Of a stretch of DNA of 48,186 nt, positions 26,052-42,100 are shown piece after piece; position 1 is the first letter of the stretch; each line of letters starts with the position of its first letter. The notes under the pieces are model-generated. The model saw nothing but the letters and a program-made list of their open reading frames with translations. It was not told the origin of the DNA and searched no databases. Location: assembly GCA_003568945.1 (NCBI GenBank), contig BDIP01000012.1:1-48186 (forward strand), read 5' to 3'. The position numbers and the translations under genes are program-made. This stretch comes from Kipferlia bialata. Taxonomy: Eukaryota.

Positions 26052-29000
26052 AGAGTAGGTGTCTGTGATGCTCACCCAGGGAGGAGAAGCAGAGAGGGGC
26101 CTAATGTTAGAGGATAGAGAGAGAGAGAGAGAGAATATGTGTCTGTGGTGCACACCCAGGGAAGTGAGGCATATACGTATGATTAGGCTGGTATATGTAA
26201 CATACACATACCTTGTCCTTGAACATGTATCTGGACACACAGGGCATGTTGAGCACTGGCACATGCATCATGGACCCCTCTTCTAGGCCTGATGTCAGTA
26301 TCATACATATATAACAAGGCATATATATAGTATGTAAAACAAAAATATAGTGAATATAATACAAATATAGTGAATAGTACAAATAAATACATACTGATAC
26401 TGATACCTGCCAGTACTCTGTCACACCACTCAGGTACAACCACTCAGTATATATATATATAAATATACTACACTCTAACTATGTAATAGCTGATACTGTA
26501 TGTATCATATATATATATATAGATAGATACTATATAATGATACCTGCCAGCACTCTATCGCACCACTCTGGTACAACCACAGTGCTGAGGTACTGATACT
26601 GATACTGATACTATATACTATCAATATCATATATATATATACTATATAATTATACCTGATAGCACCCTGTCACACCACTCTGGCACAGCCACAGTGCTGA
26701 GGTACTTGGGACCAACACGGACACCCTCAGCTATGTCTGTTGGCAGTGCAGTCTGTGCCTTGACCTCTCTCACTGCCTGCTCTAGTGCTGATAGGCCCTC
26801 GCTGGATACAGTGGCCTTGCGGAGGGTGTCGTGGACCCACACGCTCAGACCTGGTATTAGTGTGTACAGAAAGGAGTAACATATATGTATACATATACGT
26901 GACTAGGTACTGAGCATGATAGGTATGCCCTGTCCAGAACTTGTCCATGTCCCCTCCAATTCATATATACATACAGATACATATGATTATATGTATATAT
27001 ATGTAAATACATTCATACCTATGTATTGGGCGTGGTATGTATGTCCAGTCCAGAACTTGTCCATGTCCCCACCCTCCAGGTGGGCTATGGCACTCTCGCA
27101 GTCACGTCTCACAGCCTCTCTCATGGGTAGACGCACATCCCTGGTGTTAGTATATATGAACCTATATGTATGCATATATATAGGTAACTACATGGACCCA
27201 CCTTGGCATGTACCGACAGATGGCAGTGGCACCCTAGTATAGCATATATACTCATAATACTATAGTGTACATATGTATACACATAACTATACCTTGGCAT
27301 GTACCCCCTGATAGCGGGTAGTGGCACCCTAGTCTTATAGCATAGTATCATAATGTGTATATGTATATATATATATATACATGCAATATATATGTATATA
27401 TGCAATATACCTTGGCATGTACCCCCTGATAGATGGAAGGGGCACCCTAGTATAGTATACATACAGTATATATCGTTATATATATATATGTGTGTGTATA
27501 TATGCAATATACCTTGGTATGTACCCCCTGATGGATGGCAGGGGCACCCTGGTCTTGAGTCTGAGCACATCTGCCATCCCAGTCTCTCTGGTCAGGGAGG
27601 TGATGGCTGTGATCTCCCACGTGTCCTCATCCTCTCTCTCTCCCTCTCCCTCTGCGCCATCACCATTATCCTTGGTCCCCTTAGAGCCCTTGGCGGGCTC
27701 AGTACTGCTAGGCTTCTTAGAGCTCTTCGCTGCTTTTGGCACCTTGGCCACTAGGAACCCATTCACGCTGAACAGAGGCAGGGGGATGATACCCACGAAC
27801 CTGTACATGAGAGATATTAGACTACAAGACTAAGTATATATACAAGATTATGCAGAACTATATAGAGCATGAAAATATATAGTTATACTTATACTTATAG
27901 AGAGAGACAGAATCAGACACACCTCTCTCCCTCTTCACTCATTGACTCAATGGTGGCAGTATGAGAGATAGTAAGAGGCATAACCAATTCCCATGTACTG
28001 ATACACATCCAGACACAATGACATACCTCTCCCCTTCCTCGCTCATTGACTCAATGGTGGCAGGGATGGGCTGGATCATAGGGGCCTGGGAGTGAGGGTG
28101 AGAGTAATACTGTTGTAAACAATAAATATTATGTATAATAATTGTATAAGGATATATGTATAAGGAATGGGCTGAATCATAGGGGCCTGTGAGTGAGAGT
28201 GAGAGTAGTACTGTTGTGAATAATAATTATGTATAGTATATGTATAAAGTAGTACAAGGAATCGGCTGGATCATAGGGGCCTGGGAGTGAGAGTGAGATG
28301 AGAGAGAGGAATGATCATGAGCCAAATACCAAGATAAGAAGTGCATTGGTTATGTTCAATGATATATTGAAGAAGTAATGGACATAGATCTGTAGTCAAT
28401 GGCAAATACCTGCAGGAAGCTGGGGTTGTTTGGCAGTGTCATCAGTCCCCTACAATATATATATATATAATCAGGTATATATAAATATATGTATGTGTGT
28501 ATACATAGCAATACCGGTAGGAAGCTAGTGACCATATATACATATGTGCATAATATACCTGAAGGAAGCTGGGGTTGTTAGGCAGTGTCATCAGTCCTCT
28601 ATACCCAGAGTCAGTCTTGTCAGACGCATGGAGGGACTCGTAGATGGGGCGCTGCTGGAGCTTCTGATGCATTAGAAGAAACTAGACTTGAGTGATGTTA
28701 AATATGTACACAATATGGATACTGAGGGACTCGTAGATGGGGCGCTGCTGCAGCTTCTAAGGCGTGAGAACATAGAGAAATCTTAATGTATGCATACAGA
28801 AACATGCATATATATTACACAAATAGCATGGATACTGAGGGACTCGTATATGGGGCGCTGCTGCAGCTTCTAAGGCGTGAGAAGAATGAAAAGAACGAGA
28901 AATGGAGGACAATCAAATAGTTTCTAATACGTGAGAAGAAATGAACTTCCGGGTATACTGCACTGACATATATGGATACTATGAAAAGAAGGAATCGACC

Positions 29001-32000
29001 ATTTCTTCCATTACAAGACTACAATTGAAACCAGTATAGGCTAGATAATGGTAATAATACGTACCAGGAGAGTGGGCACAATCCCACTGAGCAGGTTGTG
29101 CATGTGTATTCAAAGATATATATATATATATATATACATAGGATATGTGATATATAATAACTCTCTGCGTACCAGTAGGGTAGGCACAATGCCACTGAGC
29201 AGATTGTGGAGGTTGTCTGTGAAGTCTGAGTCGATCAGGACATCGAGGAGTCTGTTCTTGCACTTCCTCCTGACACTCTTCCTGATGCTGTACCACTAAG
29301 GTGAGTTTAGTTGTAATCAATATATATATATATATACAAAAACGACACTGTACTATAATCTGTACTGTATTACCAGTATAGTACCTTATCAACTCCACCG
29401 AGGTAGAATGCCCTGTGTTCTTCAGAGTGTGCCATCAGCAGCATAAATGTATATATCTATATAAACACAAATATATACATATATATACATATATAGTGTA
29501 TATATATATATACATATATAGTACCTTATCCACCCCCCCAAAGTAGAACGCCCTGTGCTCCTCAGAGTGTGCCATCAACATGACACCCAGGGCCAGGTAC
29601 TGCTGGACCATCCTGCAAGTGAGACATGTATATATATATATATATATGTATATGTATATATGTATATATATGTATATATAATACATCAACATGACACCCA
29701 GGGCCAGGTACTGCTGGACCATCCTGATAATGAGTCTACACGATAACTTGTCACGTATGGTGATCATGTTATACTATATCAAAATAGATGAGTATATGTG
29801 TACACCGGGGGTCAGGTACTGCTGGACCATTCTGACAGTTAGTTGCTAGAATAATCACATAGTGAGACATGATGACTCATATGATACTCATCCATATCTC
29901 ATATATACCTCAGGAGTGACCCAGAGTGCATGGCCCAGAGCATTGTCTACGATACTTCATATAGTATACAGTACAAACAGTCTTATTCCTATAAAGACAT
30001 ATATATATGCCAACCTCAGGAGTGACCCAGAGTGCATGGCCCAGAGCATGGTCTTCTCAACCAGTCTAGCCCTAGGGGTGAGAGGAAGAGAGAGAGAGAT
30101 ACCGCAGACACGAGATATAGTAATCAAGATGATCTACAGATGGGTAATACAAACAATACCTGGCAGTGATGGGTGCGGCATACTTGGCACCCACATCCCT
30201 CTGGACATACAGGATCATGCTCCTGAGGGGTCAGATATCATATCTATGTATATATATACTATATGTGGAAATAATGAATACATATAGGGACGACAAACAT
30301 GTAAATACTGATACAGGAAGGATCATGCTCCTAGGGGGTCAGAATCTCTCAAAGTAATAATATATATTTATATATGGGTATCTTAAGGTAACAGAGATAC
30401 AAATTGTTCAGAATAACACATGGACAAGAGACAGAGAGAGAAGATATTATACCTGATAGAGACAGAGACAGAGAAGAAATCCTACCTGAGGGTCTCGAAG
30501 AAGTTGGGTGGGATTGGGAATCCGCAGGTGGTAAACACATCCTCTTGGCGTACGATCCTGGGGAGTCAAAAACAAAGAGAGAGAGAGCATATACGAACAA
30601 TAGTGAAATACATGGATATACATATACATACCTCTCCCCCCAAACCTCACTGGTCCATGAGTTCATGGCCCTCTCACAGGCATCAAGCCTAGACTCAACC
30701 TGGAGTGAGTATTCTACGCGATTTTACGGGGTACAACTCACATACTGGCATATATAGGGTATATACATACCTGTGCCTCCTCGTCTCCGGTGTCCACTGA
30801 GAGTATAATAACAACCAGATCTACGTATGATAAATACTACAATCCTAGTCTCTCTCCCAATATATACATACCTGTGCCTCCTCGTCTGCCGTGTCCTGTC
30901 TATATTTCTATATATACCTAGTATAACGACAAATACTACTACATAACAGCTACGCGATGCTAGTCCTTATATATACATACCTGGGCCTCCTCGTCTGCCG
31001 TGTCCACTGCCAGTTGGATGGCAGGTAGGTTGTTGAGACCGCCTGCTTCAACTAGAGGGTTAGATGATTACCATACCACACAAGTCGAGCAACTATGTCT
31101 ACCGTACTCTGAGCCAACCTAGGTTGTCGGGTGATGATATACATATCCAATTTACTATGTTTACTATTGAATATATAAACTCTGAATAACTACGTATGTT
31201 ACCTCACCTAGGTTGTCTGGTGATACCAATACTATTTTCTATATATACTATACTATTGAATTCGTATATACAATATGACATATGGGCGTACCTAGGTTGT
31301 TTGGTGATATCTCTGTCAGTCTCAGCACAGGAAGACCAGTCTGGGACTCAAGCACATCGAGGTGCCTTATTGTAAGTGGCAAATTTATAATAGTATGTGT
31401 ATGTATGTGTATGTATAATGTTTGATATATATATATGCAGACCAGTCTGGGACTCAAGCACATCGAGGTGTCTTAATGTAAGTGGATATATATATATATG
31501 TGTGTGTGTATACTAATGAATGATACAATATATGTATATACATATATATGCAGACCAGTCTGGGACTCAAGCACATCGAGGTGCCTGGGGGAAAGTGGAT
31601 ATATATTATCGTATACATATTATAGTATACATATTTGTGACACAATACATATATGCAGACCAGTCTGGGACTCAAGAACATTGAGGTGCCTGGGGGTAAA
31701 GAAGAAATACACATAAGGAGTAAATAAGAGACAAGAGGTGCATTGCACCCATGATGCAGGTAGTGTACACATGGTGTATATATGGTGAATCAGCACTGTA
31801 TTGTACCTGTGGTGCAGTGATGGGGAGCACACCAAGGAGAGTAGCCCTATGGTAGGTCGCAGCTGCATCTCCTTCTGCCTCAGGGCCACAGGGAAGGACA
31901 GGTTGGGCACGTCCCTAAGAGGTTAGAGAGAGAGAGAGAGAGAGAGAGAGAGCCAGAGAGAGATGAGGGGCAGGTTGGGCACATCCCTGGAAGGTTATTT

Positions 32001-33617
32001 CACTGACAATTTTCAATATGGTCACCATATATATATACAATATAGAACAAGTTCGGGGCTTCCCTGGTGGTTACGACTACTGTCATACATTCATGTTGTA
32101 CACATCTCTCTATATACCTTAGAGCCGTGCACATATCCGCCTTCCCAGCCTCCAGTCCCTCCAGTGCATCCTTGGCCGCCTTGATGGGGGTGTTGGCAGC
32201 ACAAGACAGGACAAGACTGAAATGAGATGAAGCACGAGACACTATTAGTATGCGTCCTGACTATATCAGTGGGTATACCTTCTCATCTCGTCTAGCGTCC
32301 TAGTCAGTAGATGTATATTTATGTGTAATGGTGAGTGTACCTTCTCATCTCGTCTAGCGTCCTAGTCAGTAGATGTATATTTATGTGTAATGGTGAGTGT
32401 ACCTTCTCATCTCGTCTAGCGTCCTAGTCAGTAGATGTATATTTATGTGTAATGGTGAGTGTACCTTCTCATCTCGTCTAGCGTCCTAGTCAGTAGATGT
32501 ATATTTATGTGTAATGGTGAGTGTACCTTCTCATCTCGTCTAGCGTCCTAGTCAGTAGATGTATATTTATGTGTAATGGTGAGTGTACCTTCTCATCTCG
32601 TCTAGCGTCCTAGTCAGTAGATGTATATTTATGTGTAATGGTGAGTGTACCTTCTCATCTCGTCTAGCGTCCTAGTCAGTAGATGTATATTTATGTGTAA
32701 TGGTGAGTGTACCTTCTCATCTCGTCTAGCGTCCTAGTCAGTAGATGTATATTTATGTGTAATGGTGAGTGTACCTTCTCATCTCGTCTAGCGTCCTAGT
32801 CAGTAGATGTATATTTATGTGTAATGGTGAGTGTACCTTCTCATCTCGTCTAGCGTCCTAGTCAGTAGATGTATATTTATGTGTAATGGTGAGTGTACCT
32901 TCTCATCTCGTCTAGCGTCCTAGTCAGTAGATGTATATTTATGTGTAATGGTGAGTGTACCTTCTCATCTCGTCAAGAGTGCGTGTGAGTCCAGGTGCAT
33001 TGAATACTAATATATATCTATATACACATTGTATAGCATATATAGAAAGTCATACCTCCTCATCTCATCAAGAGTACGTGTCAGGCCAGGTGCATCCTGG
33101 TCTGCCACGGGTACCGAGGACAGAAGGACTTCAATGTCAGAGGCCACACGGAGGAGTTGCATGCACCTGCTGTTAGTATATATCTCTCTCTCTTTCTCTC
33201 TCTCTACATATATATATATATATATTATATTATATGTGTTTACAGTATTTATATGCATGCACCTGGGGTCAGCATATATATGTTCACAAACACATATGTA
33301 TGTCACATATAGAGATATACATATCGGATGAAGATAGTGCGTGTGTATATACCTGTGCACCATGTGTGGGTTGCCTGGGACAGATGCCAGGGAGGGGGAC
33401 ACGCTCAGACCCTGCATGCCTAGAAAGTGAGATTATACATGAATACATATATGTATGAAACCTCATATATACACAATATAGTATAACATACCTAGCAGTC
33501 CAGCCCACTCCTCTATCAGAGCCACCCCCCTCCTGCCAGCCTTGAGCAGTCTGAGTAGCTCGGCAGAGACAGCCTCAACTGAGACATCGCTGATAGTTAG
33601 AATAGAGAGAGAGAGAG

Positions 33618-33659
<42 letters not shown>

Positions 33660-35804
33660 TGGACAGCTTCCGCAGAAACACTGGAAATAGGAAGAGCACA
33701 TCTCCATGTGGATAGTATAATATACCACAATATATATATACCTCTTCTTCTGTGGTCTAGTGTACCCAACAAACCGGGGCAGGGGCTCAGCAGCAGAGAT
33801 ACTCTCTGTCTCTCTCTCTCCCTCTGTCTCTGTCTCTCCCTCTGCCTTGGTCTCTCTCTCTCCCTCTGTCTCACTGCCCACAGTACCTATAGTACCCATA
33901 GTTCCTATAGTGCCAGCTATAGTGGAGCTACTGGCCTTAGCCACAGCAGCAGATAGTACACTCTCGCATGTCTCTGCACCAGAGGTGGGTTGACACAGGT
34001 CTCTAGGCACAACGGGGAGACCAGTAGAAGCCTGAGAGGGTGAGATATGTATGATACAAACCATACACAGTGCAACGGCGTCAATTACTGCGGCATCACC
34101 AATACCGTAGGTAGAGAAGGAGAGAGAGAGAGAGAGAGAGAGAGACGGTACCTCAAATGCCACAAGGAGTCCGGCATCGCTGAGCAACTTCTCGACATGG
34201 TCATCGGTGGAGAGGCCTAGAGGTCAAACAGGAAGATATACACATTCACACATAGTTACCATCATACATATCCATACATAATTATGACATAATGCATATA
34301 CATTTGCATACCTGCCATGCTACCGTTAGTGTGCACCAGTGAGTCCGATGGGTAGGACACCTCGTTGAACAGATAGTCAAAGGTGCCTGGGGGTCAGTGT
34401 TTCTTGGTGAATACTAGTGACTACATATAGTTGTAAATACATCAGTAGTGTCTCAACAAATACTATATTAATTATATAATAATACGCATCATAGAGAGCA
34501 CTATGATAGAGTCCACCGTACCAGGTGGCTCATCGGCCAGTCTACTGGCGGCATCGCAAGTCTCTCTGTCCTCTCTTTCCTCGCTGTCCTGGTCTGCCAC
34601 TAAGGCTCCATGTGTATCTACCGACAGTCTCGTCATGCAGCGCAGTCTCTCCTGAATACCGCTGAAGTTAGTATACTTAGTGTATAGAGTTCGTATACTT
34701 AGCATATATAGATGGTATTAAACAAATATGTTATTCAGACAGTCTCGTCATGCAGCGCAGTCTCTCTTGAATACCACTATGGTTAATAGTATATGTATAG
34801 AGACGTGATAAAACATATATGTTATACAGACAGTCTCGTCATGCAGCGAAGTCTCTCCTGAATACCGCTGGTGTGAATGGTTGGTGTAAATACAATTTGA
34901 ACTTCTAAATATACTAAGATATACCTAGCCAGCGTGGATGTCCATGTGACCAGGCCATTCAGTTGTGTGCACATGCACCTATGGGCAGCCAGTCTCTCAG
35001 TCTGGAGCTGCTGGGGGTTAGATACAAATTATACAATATGAATGTACATAAATACATAAATTACTCCTGAACTACTATATATGGGCAGCAAGTCTCTCGG
35101 TCTGCAGTTGCTGAGGGGTTAGATGATAATTACCATTACAATTATTGTTACAAAATTCAGCATACAGTCTTGACCTATACCACAACTAATACAGGCAACA
35201 CATTCCAAGAGCCTGCAGTACCTCTGCGGCACTGACAAAAACCCACCATATAGTATGCTACACTAGAAATACTACTATATATACAGTATTTGTATATATA
35301 CAAAATACTACTGTCCCACCTTGAGCACCTCTGCGGCACTTGAGACAAAGCCAGTGACCCTGACCTGGAGGGTGAGAGGATACATATACACTTACATACA
35401 CAGTATAAACACATATTGACAGATATATACTATGTACACATCAATAATATGTATGCTAACACATATATACAATGTATATAAACATACTATATACATACCA
35501 TGTCGAGGTGTGTGTCCGTGGGTATGTAGCACCCAGCAGATACATGAATCTATCAGTAATTTGTATGCTAACACATATACAATGTATATATACATGCATA
35601 CCATATCCAAGTGTGTGTCCGTGGGTATGTAGCACCCAGCAGACAGAAGGGCATCGCAGTATGCAGTGAGAGCAGCGCCGCACTCCTGATATTTAGAGAG
35701 AGAGAGAGAGATATAGAGAGAGAGAGAGAGCATCGCAGTATGCAGTGAGGGCAGCGCCACACTCCTGAAGGTTAGGTATATATGGACATACCCATATACA
35801 TATA

Positions 35805-35839
<35 letters not shown>

Positions 35840-36389
35840 TAGGCAGTCAGGGCGTCTCCACACTCCTAATGAGGTATATAAGAAGATAGGAAGACAGAGG
35901 TGTTGCGGGGAGTATCCTACCTGCCACTGAGGCTCTGCCAAGTGTGCCTGTCCCAACAGTATATACACACTATATATATAGTATCTATCTATATATATAT
36001 ATTAATACGTATATAGTATATATCCGACCTGCCACTGAGGCTCTGCCCCCTGTGCCTGTCCCAGCAGTGTCTGGATCTGGACATACTGCTCGGGGGAGTA
36101 GATGCCAGCCATAAGGACCTAGAGGGTGAGATATTACTCCAATATACCTGGTATATTTGCTATGTATGTGTACTGTACGCTATACTATAATCAATATATA
36201 TATGTGTGTACATACTGCTCAGGGGAGTAGATGCCAGCCATAAGAACCTGTGGTAAGACGCTATACTATATTCAGTAACACACAAACCATAAGGCATTAT
36301 GTATCGCTATACACAATGATACCTTGAACCTCTTCACTCTCTCTAGCACACATGCCACTGCAGCAGACAGTATCTGTACATGGACGCCA

Positions 36390-36422
<33 letters not shown>

Positions 36423-36613
36423 GTCAGAGACTATACATAATATATACTCTATACCTCCTTGAACTTATAAATATATAGACACTGTACCTGCTTGAACCTC
36501 CTGACTCTGTTAAGTACACATGTCACTGCAGCAGACAGTATCTGTACATGGGTGTCCCTGGACACTGACAGGGCAGCATCGTACACTGTCTGCAGGGACT
36601 CCTAAGGGGTTAG

Positions 36614-36646
<33 letters not shown>

Positions 36647-36863
36647 GGAGAGGGACACTGACAGGGCAGCATCGTACACTGTCTGTAGACACTCCTAGAG
36701 GGTTAGATATATACATATAGAGATATAGAGAGAGCCAGAGAGAGCCAGAGAGAGACAGAGGGCGGCCTCGTACACGGTCTATATACCTTCGCATTGGTCA
36801 AGTGGGTGACCCCCCCTCCATAGTATGCAGTGTGGGGCAGAGACATACACATACACACACACG

Positions 36864-36898
<35 letters not shown>

Positions 36899-39068
36899 CA
36901 AGAAATATACACCATTACATTCGCATTGGTCAAGTGGGTGACCCCCCCCTCCATAGTATGCAGTGTGGGGCAGAGATAGGATGTATACATGTATATTTAC
37001 ATTGAGTGCATACAACGTAATATATATACCTTTGCATTGGTCAAGTGGGTGACCCCACCCCCATAGTACGCAGTGTGTGGCAGAGATAGGATGAACGCCT
37101 GGTACTCCCTCAGCACCTCTGACTCCTCTACAAAGAGATCGGGGCGCAGACAGAGAGAGACAGAGGGTGGGGGGAGGTACACAGCGTTTGAAACGCTCGA
37201 AGCGTCTGAAGCGTCTGAAGAAACCTCTTTGAATGTGTTGAGTATGCTAGTGTATGAGGTGTGTCCTGTAAGCCTCTCTATGGCCTCAGGTGGTAGTGTG
37301 ACTCTCTGGTTGAGTCTGGTGTCCATGACGTGTATCAGGGTGGAGTGGACTCGGAACATGTGGGGGATGAGGAAGCTGGCATTGCCTGACGGTAAGTGAT
37401 ACACATACTCACGATATTTACTACTGATATACACAGTGTTGAGTCTTGATATATGGGGGATCAGGAAAATGGCATTGCCTGCGGTGAGGAAATGTATGAG
37501 TATGCACCAGGTTCAATATCCTACTGTTATCCTTATTTGTATACATATGTACACACTTACCGAGCATCTGTGCAAAGTGTGGCAGCGTGATGTATATCTA
37601 TATACATCCGATACTTCAATGTAGTGTTAATATATCTATCATATATATATATTCATACCCAGCATCTGTGCATAGTGTGGCAGACAGACTATGGTCAGCC
37701 TCTCCTCATTGGGGGAGTGCACTATGGGGCTGTGGGTGCATGTCCACTGGCTGAAGCACTTCATAAGGGCTCTGGGTATCAGAAGGTATTAGAAGGTATC
37801 GTATATATATGTAATTATAGAGAGAGAGAGAGATAGGGTGGGTGCATGTCCACTGGCTGAAGCACTTCATAAGGGCCCTGAGTATAAGTATAGATATACA
37901 TATGAATAGAGAGAGAGAGAGAGAGAGAGAGTAGGTGTGACTGTGGGTGCATGTCCACTGGCTGAAGCACTTCATGAGGGCCCTGGGTATCAGTATTGAC
38001 GTAGTATCATATACATATATTTTCATAGGTATATTGAGACACATGCCATACCTCAGTCCATGTCTCTTCTGCTTAGTGACATCCTCAGCAGAGTACTCGC
38101 CATCCACCCTCCACTCTCTCTCCCCCTCTCTCTCCCCCTCAGGTACCCTACTGGCTACCAGTGGTAGTCCATACACAGGGAACCTGGGTGTTACACTTAT
38201 GAGAGAGTATATCTATAAATTCATATTTTAATATATATATATTTAATATATATATATATACATATCTAAATATACCCCACTGTCCACAAGGGATATACCC
38301 TACACTGGGAGCCTGGTGTGACACTATAACCATATGTATATATACACGTATAGCAGGGCCAGATCGTATACAGGGAACCTCGTGTTACACGTATAAGAGA
38401 ACACACATAAATATCAGTAGTCACTACAAGAAGTACTGTGTACCTAGCGTATGGCCCTATGGACACCTCTCCACTATAAATGTATATCTATATATATATG
38501 TATATGTGTTTGTATATTCGTATACATATTCATATATACCTAGCGTATGACAATACATATAGTTATGTGTACCTAGCGTACGGCCCTATTGACACTATGG
38601 GTGGTAGGCCAGGTGGGCCAGGGTTAACAACCTTCATGGAGTGGTTGCCCTGCAGTAAGACATCCATATATATATACATTACTAGATAGACACTCCATAC
38701 AGTGTATATATAGTAAGCATTGGGTATACACAAGATAGTGTGGGTATTGATGACCTTCAACCTTCATGGAGTGGTTGCCCTGCAGTTAGTATATATGCAT
38801 AAATATACACAATTAGTTAGACACTCTATACATTGCGGTGAGAGACATCCACACACTCCCCTCCTCCAGCAATCAACAATATATACAAGTATATATATCT
38901 ATACAAATACGCATATATGGAATATGTATATATATATATATGTATGTATATGATATATACCTGTACGTATGGCCATATGGACTGCACCCCCTTCTCCAGT
39001 GTGGGTAAATGGCAGACGGCTTGGCAACCAGGAGCTGGACGCAGACATCATCCTGAGAGTCAATATAT

Positions 39069-39104
<36 letters not shown>

Positions 39105-39146
39105 TTGGCAACCAGGAGCTGGACGCACACATCGTCCTTGCGGTTA

Positions 39147-39183
<37 letters not shown>

Positions 39184-42100
39184 TGGCTTGGCCACCAGGA
39201 GCTTGAAGCAGACTTAATCCTGAGACTTTAGAGCATGTACCATGCCATCAAATTGTGACATCAATGTGTGTATGTCTAAGTATATTTACAGATCTATATA
39301 GTATGATAGAGCATACCTTCTTGATAGGAGGAGCAACGCTATCAAGGTTCAGACAGTGCGGTGTGATGAACCTTGATGCCAGCATCTGATCATATATTAT
39401 ACATATTATATTATATATATATATAATATAATAATACATTATATATAGTATATGTATATATGTATAGTACCTTCTTTATAGGAGGTGCTACATCGTCAAG
39501 GTTGAGGCAGTGAGGTGTGATGAACCTTGATGCCAGCATCTGGTCTATCATGGCACACCAGGGCAGGGCATATTCTTCGCCATGACTAGCTAAGTGGTAA
39601 GTAACAATATACTACTCATCATGTAAACATACATATGTATATATACATGTATATATAATCATGGCACACCAGGGGAGGGCATACTCCTCGCCATGGGATG
39701 CTAAGGTGAGATATAGTACTATATATATAATATACTGTATATATATATGTATATATACTATATATATATATATATCTGATCAATTATGGCACACCAGGGG
39801 AGAGCGTACTCTTCCCCGTGCGAGGCTGAGGTAAGACATATATTTGTGATTGTGAGTGTATCCATTTGAGTGTATTACCTGGGAATGCCGCTGCCATGAT
39901 ACCAAGCATCTCTCTCCCTCTTTCTCTCTCTCCCCTCATATCCCTCATATATATATATATATACCATATGATATATATAAAATACCTAAGAAGGACGTCG
40001 CCATAATATCCAGCATCCTCAGCAGCCTCCTCGCCTTCTCCTTGACCTCCCCTAGGACCTGGCTCCTGACAGCAGCTCTATCGACCTTGAGACTCTGAGG
40101 GGTGAGTGGAAGTACACACGCATACATACATATAAGAGAGGTTGAGAGAAAGGAGATCAATGGCCACAGCTCTATCGATGTTTAGGCTCTGAGGGTAAGA
40201 GCAATGTGTATCTGTATACTAATACATGTGTGTCTACAAGTACATGTGTATAGAGAGGGCAGATATATGGATATGGACACCAGCGCTGCCGATATTGAGG
40301 CTCTGCTTGGTAAGCAGCCGAGATAATGAGAGTATACACTGAGGCTTACTCAATATATATATATATATATATATCTCTATATTAATCTAACTCTTCATAT
40401 TCTACTAACCTGGATCTTGCCGGGTCTAGACTTGCCACTGACCAGCTGTCTCATCTGCCTCCTCTCCATAGACAGAGAGATGGCATCGACACGGGCATCG
40501 ATGTTCTACAATAAGGGTCTAGAGAGAGAGAGAGAGAGAGATGGCATCAACACGGGCATCGATGTTCTATTATGAGATATAAATTAATGTATATGTATGC
40601 ATACATAGAGCGAGGGGAGGGGGGAGATGGCATCACCACGGCATCGATGTTCTATGATAAGGGTCTAGAGAGAGAGAGAGAGATGCCATCAACACGGGCA
40701 TCGATGTTCTATGATAAGGGTCTAGAGAGAGAGAGAGAGAGAGAGCGAAATGGCATCAACTCGGGCATCAATCTTCGGTAGCTATGGAAATTCCCTACAA
40801 AGTAGAAGAGAGTTATCAACATCAGTACCTCTCCCAGACTGACACTGAAGCACTTGTGGATGCCCTCCCTGACCACATCCTCCAGAATGGCATGGAAGGT
40901 GGTCTCAGTCCTGGAATTAGCAGACATGTATATTATACAGTGTATAGTATATATAGTATACAGTATATAGTATACAGTATATTTGTATGTGAGAAATTTA
41001 TGTATATCTGACCACATCCTCCAGGATGGCATGGAAGGTGGTCTCGGTCCTGGAATTAGCATACAATACGTATATATAACAATACTGTGTAGTATATACA
41101 TAGAGTATAGGGCATATTTGATATATATAGAGTATCTGACCACATCCTCCAGGATGGTATGGAAGGTGGCTTCAGTCCTACAGTCAGTGAAATAGTATAC
41201 ACTGTATAGGATATATACACATAGAGCATAGGATATGTATGATGTATATATATACTCAGAATACATCCTCCAGGATGGCTTGGAAGGTGGTCTCGGTCCT
41301 GAAATTTGCATGTATATATACATAGGACATCGATACAGTATATATATGACAGCATGACATAGGAATACATCCAATCAAATCTCCAGACACAATCCATGTC
41401 AATCCCATTGAAACATTCGATACTACATACACATCTTAGTATATCATGCGTCTATGAGTATTCCCTTGTGATTCAACAAATTGACATTATGGTATACCTA
41501 TACACTATACACACCTTGCATTGACGTCCAGACACTCATCCATGTCAATCTTACAAATATTTATACTTGGGATATCATCATACACCCTCAATGATAAGTA
41601 GTATGTCATGTATACTGATTGACACTTGTAAACACTATATTGATACCTTGCATTGACGTCCAGACACTCATCCATGTCAATATCTTAGAGAAACACAATA
41701 TATTCATATATTATACATATATGTATAACTATACATAAAAGAAAACACTATATATATGTACTCAACTATATATATATATATATATACCTAGCATTCACAT
41801 CCAGACACTCGTCCATGTCAATCTCCTTGAGGCCAGACTCGATGGGGTCTATGACTAGGTGCCTGACATCCTTGGACAGCTCAAACCTGGCAACCTATCT
41901 GTGAGTATTCCTGTAAATACTACTACATTTAGAATGCTAATATACTATTGCATGAAATATTTATGGTGCCTGACATCCTTAGACAGCTCAAATCTAGCGA
42001 CCTAGGGACTAACAGTGATAATACTAGATATTTACTATACTAGTAATCGCTTGAGATTATAAATAGAAAATCATGGGTGTGGGTACTGGTAATGAACATG

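Noticed and set aside
32277..32958. CRISPR array
   Set aside because: Units are wholly identical with no unique spacers, there are no cas genes, the context is eukaryotic, and the unit derives from the adjacent exon end
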